From contig OZ024744.1 of assembly GCA_964016885.1 (NCBI GenBank), forward strand, positions 131,874,001-131,938,000: a stretch of DNA of 64,000 nt, in the 5' to 3' direction. The first letter of the stretch is position 1. Each line of letters starts with the position of its first letter. A program made the translations under genes and the position numbers. Positions 37,690-49,620 of this stretch are shown piece after piece. The notes beneath the pieces were generated by a model. It was not told the origin of the DNA. It searched no databases and saw only the letters and a list, made by a program, of their open reading frames with translations. Origin of the DNA: Eledone cirrhosa (lineage: Eukaryota).

Positions 37690-40600
37690 TTAATTTAAGT
37701 TGGGGTTAAGTTAAGTCGGGGTTAAGTTAAGTTGGGGTTGAGTTAAGTTGGGGTTAATTTAAGTTGGGGCTAAGTTAATTTGTGGTTAAGTTAAGTTGGG
37801 GTTAAGTTAAGTTGGGGTTAAGTTAAGTTGGGGTTGAGTTAAGTTGGGGTTAAGTTAATTTGTGGTTAAGTTAAGTTGGGGTTAAGTTAAGTTGGGTTTA
37901 AGTTAAGTTGGGGTTAAATTAAGTTGGGGTTAAATTAAGTTGGGGTTAAGTTAGGTTGGGGGCAAGTTAAGTTGGGGTTAAGTTGGGGTTAAATTAATTT
38001 GGGGTTAAGTTAAGTTGGGGTTTAGTTTAGTTGGGGTTAAGTTAAGTTGGGTTTATATTAAGTTGGGGTTAAGTTAAGTTGGGGTTAAGTTAAGTTGGGA
38101 TTCAGTTAAGTTGCGGTTAAGTTAAGTTGGGGTTAAGTTAAGTTGGGGTTAAGTTAAGTTGGGGTTAAGTTAAGTTGGGGTTAAGTTAAGTTGGTGTTAA
38201 GTTAAGTTGGGGCTAAGTTAAGTTGGGGCTGAGTTAAGTTGGGGCTGAGTTAAGTTGGGGTTAAGTTAAGTTGGGGTTGAGTTAAGTTGGGGTTAAGTTA
38301 AGTTGGGGTTAAGTTAAGTTGGGGTTAAGTTAAGTTGGGGTTAAGTTAAGTTGGGGTTTAGTTAAGTTGGGGTTCAGTTAAGTTGGGGTTAAGTTAAGTT
38401 TGGGTTAAGTTGGGGTTAAATTAATTTGGGGTTAAGTTAAGTTGGGGTTTAGTTTAGTTGGGGTTAAGTTAAGTTGGGGTTAATTTAAGTTGGGGTTAAG
38501 TTAAGTTGCGGGTAATTTAAGTTGGGGTTAAGTTAAGTTGGGGTTAAGTTAAGTTGGGGGTAAGTTAAGTTGGGAGTAACTTAAGTTGGGGGTAAGTTAA
38601 GTTGGGGTTAAGTTAAGATAGGGTTAAGTTAAGTTGGGGTTGAGTTAAGTTGGGGTTAAGTTAAGTTGGAGTTACGTTAAGTTGGGGTTAAGTTAAGTTG
38701 CGGTTAAGTTAAGTTGGGGTTAAGTTAAGTTGGGGTTAAGTTAAATGGGGGTTAAGTTAAGTTGGGGTTAAGTTAAGTTGGGGTTAAGTTAAGTTGGGGT
38801 TAAGTTAGATTGTGGTTAAGTTAAGTTGGGGTTAAGTTAAGTTGGGGTTAAGTTAAGTTGGGGTTAAGTTAAGTTGGGGTTAAGTTGGGGTTAAGTTACG
38901 TTAGGGTTAAGTTAAGTTGGGGTTGAGTTAAGTTGGGGTTAAGTTAAGTGGTGGTTATGTTAAGTTGGGGTTAAGTTAAATTGGGGTTAATTTAAATTGG
39001 GGTTAAGTTAACTTTGTGGTTAAGTTAAGTTGGGGTTAAGTTAAGTTGGGGTTAATTTAAGTTGGGGTTGAGTTAAGTTGGGGTTGAGTGAAGTTGGGGT
39101 TAAGTTAAGTTGGGGTTAAGTTAAGTTGGCGTTAAGTTAAGTTGGGGTTAAGTTAAGTCGGGGTTAAGTTAAGTTGGGGTTGAGTTAAGTTGGGGTTAAT
39201 TTAAGTTGGGGCTAATTTAATTTGTGGTTAAGTTGGGGTTAAGTTAAGTTGGGGTTAAGTTAAGTTGGGGTTGAGTTAAGTTGGGGTTGAGTTAATTTAG
39301 GGTTAAGTTAAGTTGGGGTTAAGTTAAGTTGGGTTTAAGTTAAGTTGGGGTTAAATTAAGTTGGGGTTAAGTTAAGTTGGGGGTAAGCTAAGTTGGGGGC
39401 AAGTTAAGTTGGGGTTAAGTTAAGTTGGGGTTAAATTAAGTTGGGGTTAAGTTAAGTTGGTGTTAAGTTAAGTAGAGGTTAATTTAAGTTGGGGTTGAGT
39501 TAAGTTGGGGTTAAGTTAAGTTGGGGTTAAGTTAAGTAGGGGTTAATTTAAGTTGGGGTTGAGTTAAGCTGGGGTTAAGTTAAATGGGTTTATATTAAGT
39601 TGGGGTTAAGTTAAGTTGGGGTTAAGTTAAGTTGGGGTTCAGTTAAGTTGCGGTTAATTTAAGTTGGGGTTAAGTTAAGTTGGGGTTAAGTTAAGTTGGG
39701 GTTAAGTTAAGTTGGGGCTAAGTTAAGTTGGGGTTAAGTTAAGTTGGTGTTAAGTTAAGTTGGGGCTAAGTTAAGTGGGGGCTGAGTTAAGTTGGGGCTG
39801 AGTTAAGTTGGGGTTAAGTTAAGTTGAGGTTGAGTTAAGTTGGGGTTAAGTTAAGTTGGGGTTAAGTTAAGTTGGGGTTAAGTTAAGTTGGGGTTAAGTT
39901 AAGTTGGGGTTTAGTTAAGTTGGGGTTCAGTTAAGTTGGGGTTAAGTTAAGTTTGGGTTAAGTTGGGGTTAAATTAATTTGGGGTTAAGTTAAGTTGGGG
40001 TTTAGTTAAGTTGGGGTTAAGTTAAGTTGGGGTTAATTTAAGTTTGGGTTAAGTTAAGTTGCGGGTAATTTAAGTTGGGGTTAATTTAAGTTGGGGTTAA
40101 GTTAAGTTGGGGTTAAGTTAAGTCGGGGTTAAGTTAAGTTGGGGTTGAGTTAAGTTGGGGTTAATTTAAGTTGGGGCTAAGTTAATTTGTGGTTAAGTTA
40201 AGTTGGGGTTAAGTTAAGTTGGGGTTAAGTTAAGTTGGGGTTGAGTTAAGTTGGGGTTAAGTTAATTTGTGGTTAAGTTAAGTTGGGGTTAAGTTAAGTT
40301 GGGGTTAAGTTAAGTTGGGTTTAAGTTAAGTTGGGGTTAAATTAAGTTGGGGTTAAATTAAGTTGGGGTTAAGTTAGGTTGGGGGCAAGTTAAGTTGGGG
40401 TTAAGTTGGGGTTAAATTAATTTGGGGTTAAGTTAAGTTGGGGTTTAGTTTAGTTGGGGTTAAGTTAAGTTGGGTTTATATTAAGTTGGGGTTAAGTTAA
40501 GTTGGGGTTAAGTTAAGTTGGGATTCAGTTAAGTTGCGGTTAAGTTAAGTTGGGGTTAAGTTAAGTTGGGGTTAAGTTAAGTTGGGGTTAAGTTAAGTTG

Positions 40601-43600
40601 GGGTTAAGTTAAGTTGGTGTTAAGTTAAGTTGGGGCTAAGTTAAGTTGGGGCTGAGTTAAGTTGGGGCTGAGTTAAGTTGGGGTTAAGTTAAGTTGGGGT
40701 TGAGTTAAGTTGGGGTTAAGTTAAGTTGGGGTTAAGTTAAGTTGGGGTTAAGTTAAGTTGGGGTTAAGTTAAGTTGGGGTTTAGTTAAGTTGGGGTTCAG
40801 TTAAGTTGGGGTTAAGTTAAGTTTGGGTTAAGTTGGGGTTAAATTAATTTGGGGTTAAGTTAAGTTGGGGTTTAGTTTAGTTGGGGTTAAGTTAAGTTGG
40901 GGTTAATTTAAGTTGGGGTTAAGTTAAGTTGCGGGTAATTTAAGTTGGGGTTAAGTTAAGTTGGGGTTAAGTTAAGTTGGGGGTAAGTTAAGTTGGGAGT
41001 AACTTAAGTTGGGGGTAAGTTAAGTTGGGGTTAAGTTAAGATAGGGTTAAGTTAAGTTGGGGTTGAGTTAAGTTGGGGTTAAGTTAAGTTGGAGTTACGT
41101 TAAGTTGGGGTTAAGTTAAGTTGCGGTTAAGTTAAGTTGGGGTTAAGTTAAGTTGGGGTTAAGTTAAATGGGGGTTAAGTTAAGTTGGGGTTAAGTTAAG
41201 TTGGGGTTAAGTTAAGTTGGGGTTAAGTTAGATTGTGGTTAAGTTAAGTTGGGGTTAAGTTAAGTTGGGGTTAAGTTAAGTTGGGGTTAAGTTAAGTTGG
41301 GGTTAAGTTGGGGTTAAGTTACGTTAGGGTTAAGTTAAGTTGGGGTTGAGTTAAGTTGGGGTTAAGTTAAGTGGTGGTTATGTTAAGTTGGGGTTAAGTT
41401 AAATTGGGGTTAATTTAAATTGGGGTTAAGTTAACTTTGTGGTTGAGTGAAGTTGGGGTTAAGTTAAGTTGGGGTTAAGTTAAGTTGGCGTTAAGTTAAG
41501 TTGGGGTTAAGTTAAGTCGGGGTTAAGTTAAGTTGGGGTTGAGTTAAGTTGGGGTTAATTTAAGTTGGGGCTAATTTAATTTGTGGTTAAGTTGGGGTTA
41601 AGTTAAGTTGGGGTTAAGTTAAGTTGGGGTTGAGTTAAGTTGGGGTTGAGTTAATTTAGGGTTAAGTTAAGTTGGGGTTAAGTTAAGTTGGGTTTAAGTT
41701 AAGTTGGGGTTAAATTAAGTTGGGGTTAAGTTAAGTTGGGGGTAAGCTAAGTTGGGGGCAAGTTAAGTTGGGGTTAAGTTAAGTTGGGGTTAAATTAAGT
41801 TGGGGTTAAGTTAAGTTGGTGTTAAGTTAAGTAGAGGTTAATTTAAGTTGGGGTTGAGTTAAGTTGGGGTTAAGTTAAGTTGGGGTTAAGTTAAGTAGGG
41901 GTTAATTTAAGTTGGGGTTGAGTTAAGCTGGGGTTAAGTTAAATGGGTTTATATTAAGTTGGGGTTAAGTTAAGTTGGGGTTAAGTTAAGTTGGGGTTCA
42001 GTTAAGTTGCGGTTAATTTAAGTTGGGGTTAAGTTAAGTTGGGGTTAAGTTAAGTTGGGGTTAAGTTAAGTTGGGGCTAAGTTAAGTTGGGGTTAAGTTA
42101 AGTTGGTGTTAAGTTAAGTTGGGGCTAAGTTAAGTGGGGGCTGAGTTAAGTTGGGGCTGAGTTAAGTTGGGGTTAAGTTAAGTTGAGGTTGAGTTAAGTT
42201 GGGGTTAAGTTAAGTTGGGGTTAAGTTAAGTTGGGGTTAAGTTAAGTTGGGGTTAAGTTAAGTTGGGGTTTAGTTAAGTTGGGGTTCAGTTAAGTTGGGG
42301 TTAAGTTAAGTTTGGGTTAAGTTGGGGTTAAATTAATTTGGGGTTAAGTTAAGTTGGGGTTTAGTTAAGTTGGGGTTAAGTTAAGTTGGGGTTAATTTAA
42401 GTTTGGGTTAAGTTAAGTTGCGGGTAATTTAAGTTGGGGTTAATTTAAGTTGGGGTTAAGTTAAGTTGGGGTTAAGTTAAGTCGGGGTTAAGTTAAGTTG
42501 GGGTTGAGTTAAGTTGGGGTTAATTTAAGTTGGGGCTAAGTTAATTTGTGGTTAAGTTAAGTTGGGGTTAAGTTAAGTTGGGGTTAAGTTAAGTTGGGGT
42601 TGAGTTAAGTTGGGGTTAAGTTAATTTGTGGTTAAGTTAAGTTGGGGTTAAGTTAAGTTGGGGTTAAGTTAAGTTGGGTTTAAGTTAAGTTGGGGTTAAA
42701 TTAAGTTGGGGTTAAATTAAGTTGGGGTTAAGTTAGGTTGGGGGCAAGTTAAGTTGGGGTTAAGTTGGGGTTAAATTAATTTGGGGTTAAGTTAAGTTGG
42801 GGTTTAGTTTAGTTGGGGTTAAGTTAAGTTGGGTTTATATTAAGTTGGGGTTAAGTTAAGTTGGGGTTAAGTTAAGTTGGGATTCAGTTAAGTTGCGGTT
42901 AAGTTAAGTTGGGGTTAAGTTAAGTTGGGGTTAAGTTAAGTTGGGGTTAAGTTAAGTTGGGGTTAAGTTAAGTTGGTGTTAAGTTAAGTTGGGGCTAAGT
43001 TAAGTTGGGGCTGAGTTAAGTTGGGGCTGAGTTAAGTTGGGGTTAAGTTAAGTTGGGGTTGAGTTAAGTTGGGGTTAAGTTAAGTTGGGGTTAAGTTAAG
43101 TTGGGGTTAAGTTAAGTTGGGGTTAAGTTAAGTTGGGGTTTAGTTAAGTTGGGGTTCAGTTAAGTTGGGGTTAAGTTAAGTTTGGGTTAAGTTGGGGTTA
43201 AATTAATTTGGGGTTAAGTTAAGTTGGGGTTTAGTTTAGTTGGGGTTAAGTTAAGTTGGGGTTAATTTAAGTTGGGGTTAAGTTAAGTTGCGGGTAATTT
43301 AAGTTGGGGTTAAGTTAAGTTGGGGTTAAGTTAAGTTGGGGGTAAGTTAAGTTGGGAGTAACTTAAGTTGGGGGTAAGTTAAGTTGGGGTTAAGTTAAGA
43401 TAGGGTTAAGTTAAGTTGGGGTTGAGTTAAGTTGGGGTTAAGTTAAGTTGGAGTTACGTTAAGTTGGGGTTAAGTTAAGTTGCGGTTAAGTTAAGTTGGG
43501 GTTAAGTTAAGTTGGGGTTAAGTTAAATGGGGGTTAAGTTAAGTTGGGGTTAAGTTAAGTTGGGGTTAAGTTAAGTTGGGGTTAAGTTAGATTGTGGTTA

Positions 43601-44890
43601 AGTTAAGTTGGGGTTAAGTTAAGTTGGGGTTAAGTTAAGTTGGGGTTAAGTTAAGTTGGGGTTAAGTTGGGGTTAAGTTACGTTAGGGTTAAGTTAAGTT
43701 GGGGTTGAGTTAAGTTGGGGTTAAGTTAAGTGGTGGTTATGTTAAGTTGGGGTTAAGTTAAATTGGGGTTAATTTAAATTGGGGTTAAGTTAACTTTGTG
43801 GTTAAGTTAAGTTGGGGTTAAGTTAAGTTGGGGTTAATTTAAGTTGGGGTTGAGTTAAGTTGGGGTTGAGTGAAGTTGGGGTTAAGTTAAGTTGGGGTTA
43901 AGTTAAGTTGGCGTTAAGTTAAGTTGGGGTTAAGTTAAGTCGGGGTTAAGTTAAGTTGGGGTTGAGTTAAGTTGGGGTTAATTTAAGTTGGGGCTAATTT
44001 AATTTGTGGTTAAGTTGGGGTTAAGTTAAGTTGGGGTTAAGTTAAGTTGGGGTTGAGTTAAGTTGGGGTTGAGTTAATTTAGGGTTAAGTTAAGTTGGGG
44101 TTAAGTTAAGTTGGGTTTAAGTTAAGTTGGGGTTAAATTAAGTTGGGGTTAAGTTAAGTTGGGGGTAAGCTAAGTTGGGGGCAAGTTAAGTTGGGGTTAA
44201 GTTAAGTTGGGGTTAAATTAAGTTGGGGTTAAGTTAAGTTGGTGTTAAGTTAAGTAGAGGTTAATTTAAGTTGGGGTTGAGTTAAGTTGGGGTTAAGTTA
44301 AGTTGGGGTTAAGTTAAGTAGGGGTTAATTTAAGTTGGGGTTGAGTTAAGCTGGGGTTAAGTTAAATGGGTTTATATTAAGTTGGGGTTAAGTTAAGTTG
44401 GGGTTAAGTTAAGTTGGGGTTCAGTTAAGTTGCGGTTAATTTAAGTTGGGGTTAAGTTAAGTTGGGGTTAAGTTAAGTTGGGGTTAAGTTAAGTTGGGGC
44501 TAAGTTAAGTTGGGGTTAAGTTAAGTTGGTGTTAAGTTAAGTTGGGGCTAAGTTAAGTGGGGGCTGAGTTAAGTTGGGGCTGAGTTAAGTTGGGGTTAAG
44601 TTAAGTTGAGGTTGAGTTAAGTTGGGGTTAAGTTAAGTTGGGGTTAAGTTAAGTTGGGGTTAAGTTAAGTTGGGGTTAAGTTAAGTTGGGGTTTAGTTAA
44701 GTTGGGGTTCAGTTAAGTTGGGGTTAAGTTAAGTTTGGGTTAAGTTGGGGTTAAATTAATTTGGGGTTAAGTTAAGTTGGGGTTTAGTTAAGTTGGGGTT
44801 AAGTTAAGTTGGGGTTAATTTAAGTTTGGGTTAAGTTAAGTTGCGGGTAATTTAAGTTGGGGTTAATTTAAGTTGGGGTTAAGTTAAGTT
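37690..44890 (+). repeat. Higher-order repeat, 2423-bp period, about 3 copies; middle copy lacks 64 bp
   Basis: tacgttaggg at 38897, 41320, 43679 (spacings 2423, 2359); agtagagg at 39471, 41830, 44253 (spacings 2359, 2423). Confidence 0.9.
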
Positions 44891-47800
44891 GGGGTTAAGT
44901 TAAGTTGGGGTTAAGTTAAGTTGGGGGTAAGTTAAGTTGGGGGTAAGTTAAGTTGGGGGTAAGTTAAGTTGGGGTTAAGTTAAGTTAGGGTTAAGTTAAG
45001 TTGGGGTTGAGTTAAGTTGGTGTTAAGTTAAGTTGGGGTTATGTTAAGTTCGAGTTAAGTTAAGTTGCGGTTAAGTTAAGTTGGGGTTATGTTAAGTTGG
45101 GGTTAAGTTAAATTGGGGTTAAGTTAAGTTGGGGTTAAGTTAAGTTGGGGTTAAGTTAAGTTGGGGTTAAGTTAGATTGTGGTTAAGTTAAGTTGGGGTT
45201 AAGTTAAGTTGGGTTTAAGTTAAGTTGGGGTTAAATTAAGTTGGGGTTAAATTAAGTTGGGGTTAAGTTAGGTTGGGGGTAAGTTAAGTTGGGGTTAAGT
45301 TAAGGCGGGGTTAAGTTGAGTTGGTGTTAAGTTAAGTTGGGGTTAAGTTAAGTTGGGGTTGAGTTAATTTGGGGTTAACTTAAGTTGGGGGTACTTAAGT
45401 TGGGTTTAAGTTAAGTGGGGTTAAGTTAAGTTGGGGTTAAGTTAAGTTGGGGTTAAGTTAAGTTGGGGTTAAGTTAGGTTGTGGTTAAGTTAAGTTGGGG
45501 GTAAGTTAAGTTGGGGGTAAGTTAAGTTGGGGTTAATTTAAGTTGGGTCAAATTAAGTTGGGGTTAAGTTAAGTTGGGGTTAAGTTAAGTTAGGGTTAAA
45601 TTAAGTTGGGGTTAAGTTAAGTTGGGGTTAAATTAAGTTGGCGCTAAGTTAGTTTGTGGTTAAGTTAAGTTGGGGTTAAGTTAAGTTGGGATTAAGTTAA
45701 GTTGGGGTTGAGTTAAGTTGGGGTTGAGTTAATTTAGGGTTAAGTTAAGTTGGGGTTAAGTTAAGTTGGGTTTAAGTTAAGTTGGGGTTAAATTAAGTTG
45801 GGGTTAAATTAAGTTGGGGTTAAGTTAGGTTGGGGGTAAGTTAAGTTGGGGGCAAGTTAAGTTGGGGTTAAGTTAAGTTGGGGTTAAATTAAGTTGGGGT
45901 TAAGTTAAGTTGGTGTTAAGTTAAGTTGGGGTTTATTTAAGTTGGGGTTAATTAAGTTGGGGTTAAGTTAAGTTGGATTCAAGTTAAGTTGGGGTTAATT
46001 TAAGTTGGGGTTGAGTTAAGTTGGGGTTAAGTTAAGTTGGGTTTATATTAAGTTGGGGTTAAGTTAAGTTGGGGTTAAGTTAAGTTGGGGTTCAGTTAAG
46101 TTGCGGTTAAGTTAAGTTGGGGTAAAGTTAAGTTGGTGTTAAGTTAAGTTGGGGTTGAGTTAAGTTGGGGTTAAGTTAAGTTGGGGTTAAGTTAAGTTGG
46201 GGTTAAGTTAAGTTGGGGTTAAGTTAAGTTGGGGTTTAGTTAAGTTGGGGTTCAGTTAAGTTGGGGTTAAGTTAAGTTTGGGTTAAGTTGGAGTTAAATT
46301 AATTTGGGGTTAAGTTAAGTTGGGGTTTAGTTTAGTTGGGGTTAAATTAAGTTGGGGTTAATTTAAGTTGGGGTTAATTTAAGTTGCGGGTAATTTAAGT
46401 TGGGGTTAAGTTAAGTTGGGGTTAAGTTAAGTTGGGGTTAAGTTAAGTTGGGGTTAAGTTAAGTTGGGGTTAAGTTAAGTTGGGGGTAAGTTAAGTTGGG
46501 GGTAAGTTAAGTTGGGGTTAAATTAAGTTAGGGTTAAGTTAAGTTGGGGTTGAGTTAAGTTGGGGTTAAGTTAAGTTGGGGTTATGTTAAGTTGGGGTTA
46601 AGTTAAGTTGGGGTTAAGTTAAATTGGGGTTAAGTTAAGTTGGGGTTAAGTTAAGTTGGGGTTAAGTTAAGTTGGGGTTAAGTTAAGTGGTGGTTATGTT
46701 AAGTTGGGGTTAAGTTAAGTTGGGGTTAATTTAAATTGGGGTTAAGTTAACTTTGTGGTTAAGTTAAGTTGGGGTTAAGTTAAGTTGGGGTTAAGTTAAG
46801 TTGGGGTTGAGTTAATTGGGGTTGAGTGAAGTTGGGGTTAAGTTAAGTTGGGGTTAATTTAAGTTGGGGTTAAGTTAAGTCGGGGTTAAGTTAAGTTGGG
46901 GTTGAGTTAAGTTGGGGTTAATTTAAGTTGGGGCTAATTTAATTTGTGGTTAAGTTGGGGTTAAGTTAAGTTGGGGTTAAGTTAAGTTGGGGTTGAGTTA
47001 AGTTGGGGTTGAGTTAATTTAGGTTTAAGTTAAGTTGGGGTTAAGTTAAGTTGGGTTTAAGTTAAGTTGGGGTTAAATTAAGTTGGGGTTAAGTTAAGTT
47101 GGGGGTAAGCTAAGTTGGGGGCAAGTTAAGTTGGGGTTAAGTTAAGTTGGGGTTAAATTAAGTTGGGGTTAAGTTAAGTTGGTGTTAAGTTAAGTTGGAG
47201 TTTATTTAAGTTGGGGTTAATTAAGTTGGGGTTAAGTTAAGTTGGGGTTAAGTTAAGTAGGGTTTAATTTAAGTTGGGGTTGAGTTAAGTTGGGGTTAAG
47301 TTAAATGGGTTTATATTAAGTTGGGGTTAAGTTAAGTTGGGGTTAAGTTAAGTTGGGGTTCAGTTAAGTTGCGGTTAATTTAAGTTGGGGTTAAGTTAAG
47401 TTGGGGTTAAGTTAAGTTGGGGTTAAGTTAAGTTGGGGCTAAGTTAAGTTGGGGTTAAGTTAAGTTGGTGTTAAGTTAAGTTGGGGCTAAGTTAAGTTGG
47501 GGCTGAGTTAAGTTGGGGCTGAGTTAAGTTGGGGTTAAGTTAAGTTGAGGTTGAGTTAAGTTGGGGTTAAGTTAAGTTGGGGTTAAGTTAAGTTGGGGTT
47601 AAGTTAAGTTGGGGTTAAGTTAAGTTGGGGTTTAGTTAAGTTGGGGTTCAGTTAAGTTGGGGTTAAGTTAAGTTTGGGTTAAGTTGGGGTTAAATTAATT
47701 TGGGGTTAAGTTAAGTTGGGGTTTAGTTAAGTTGGGGTTAAGTTAAGTTGGGGTTAATTTAAGTTTGGGTTGAGTTAAGTTGCGGGTAATTTAAGTTGGG

Positions 47801-49620
47801 GTTAATTTAAGTTGGGGTTAAGTTAAGTTGGGGTTAAGTTAAGTTGGGGTTAAGTTAAGTTGGGGGTAAGTTAAGTTGGGGGTAAGTTAAGTTGGGGGTA
47901 AGTTAAGTTGGGGTTAAGTTAAGTTAGAGTTAAGTTAAGTTGGGGTTGAGTTAAGTTGGTGTTAAGTTAAGTTGGGGTTATGTTAAGTTGGGGTTAAGTT
48001 AAGTTGCGGTTAAGTTAAGTTGGGGTTATGTTAAGTTGGGGTTAAGTTAAATTGGGGTTAAGTTAAGTTGGGGTTAAGTTAAGTTGGGGTTAAGTTAAGT
48101 TGGGGTTAAGTTAGATTGTGGTTAAGTTAAGTTGGGGTTAAGTTAAGTTGGGGTTAAGTTAAGTTGGGGTTAAGTTAAGGCGGGGTTAAGTTGAGTTGGT
48201 GTTAAGTTAAGTTGGGGTTAAGTTAAGTTGGGGTTGAGTTAATTTGGGGTTAACTTAAGTTGGGGGTACTTAAGTTGGGTTTAAGTTAAGTGGGGTTAAG
48301 TTAAGTTGGGGTTAAGTTAAGTTGGGGTTAAGTTAAGTTGGGGTTAAGTTAGGTTGTGGTTAAGTTAAGTTGGGGGTAAGTTAAGTTGGGGGTAAGTTAA
48401 GTTGGGGTTAATTTAAGTTGGGTCAAATTAAGTTGGGGTTAAGTTAAGTTGGGGTTAAGTTAAGTTAGGGTTAAATTAAGTTGGGGTTAAGTTAAGTTGG
48501 GGTTAAATTAAGTTGGCGCTAAGTTAGTTTGTGGTTAAGTTAAGTTGGGGTTAAGTTAAGTTGGGATTAAGTTAAGTTGGGGTTGAGTTAAGTTGGGGTT
48601 GAGTTAATTTAGGGTTAAGTTAAGTTGGGGTTAAGTTAAGTTGGGTTTAAGTTAAGTTGGGGTTAAATTAAGTTGGGGTTAAATTAAGTTGGGGTTAAGT
48701 TAGGTTGGGGGTAAGTTAAGTTGGGGGCAAGTTAAGTTGGGGTTAAGTTAAGTTGGGGTTAAATTAAGTTGGGGTTAAGTTAAGTTGGTGTTAATTTAAG
48801 TTGGGGTTTATTTAAGTTGGGGTTAATTAAGTTGGGGTTAAGTTAAGTTGGGTTCAAGTTAAGTTGGGGTTAATTTAAGTTGGGGTTGAGTTAAGTTGGG
48901 GTTAAGTTAAGTTGGGTTTATATTAAGTTGGGGTTAAGTTAAGTTGGAGTTAAGTTAAGTTGGGGTTCAGTTAAGTTGCGGTTAAGTTAAGTTGGGGTAA
49001 AGTTAAGTTGGTGTTAAGTTAAGTTGGGGTTAAGTTAAGTTGGTGTTAAGTTAAGTTGGGGCTAAGTTAAGTTGGGGCTGAGTTAAGTTGGGGCTGAGTT
49101 AAGTTGGGGTTAAGTTAAGTTGGGGTTGAGTTAAGTTGGGGTTAAGTTAAGTTGGGGTTAAGTTAAGTTGGGGTTAAGTTAAGTTGGGGTTAAGTTAAGT
49201 TGGGGTTTAGTTAAGTTGGGGTTCAGTTAAGTTGGGGTTAAGTTAAGTTTGGGTTAAGTTGGAGTTAAATTAATTTGGGATTAAGTTAAGTTGGGGTTTA
49301 GTTTAGTTGGGGTTAAATTAAGTTGGGGTTAATTTAAGTTGGGGTTAATTTAAGTTGCGGGTAATTTAAGTTGGGGTTAAGTTAAGTTGGGGTTAAGTTA
49401 AGTTGGGGTTAAGTTAAGTTGGGGGTAAGTTAAGTTGGGGGTAAGTTAAGTTGGGGTTAAATTAAGTTAGGGTTAAGTTAAGTTGGGGTTGAGTTAAGTT
49501 GGGGTTAAGTTAAGTTGGGGTTATGTTAAGTTGGGGTTAAGTTAAGTTGGGGTTAAGTTAAATTGGGGTTAAGTTAAGTTGGGGTTAAGTTAAGTTGGGG
49601 TTAAGTTAAGTTGGGGTTAA
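44830..49620 (+). repeat. Older, imperfect duplication at about 2.9-kb offset
   Basis: gcgctaagttagtttgtgg at 45641 and 48516 (offset 2875). Flanking variant order is shared, but several substitutions and indels separate the copies. Confidence 0.7.

Larger units (their letters stand above)
8786..39434 (+). repeat. Large tandem duplication: left block about 8786-26663 (17.9 kb, includes the extra 5135-bp copy), right block about 26708-39434 (12.7 kb)
   Basis: Offset 17922: ctgagtcaag C at 8904/26826, ttaaattaagttggtg at 8850/26772, ggaatt at 14846/32768. Offset 12787: tggtgg at 23214/36001. Offset 12771 after loss of one monomer near 37880: tacgttaggg at 26126/38897. Confidence 0.9.
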
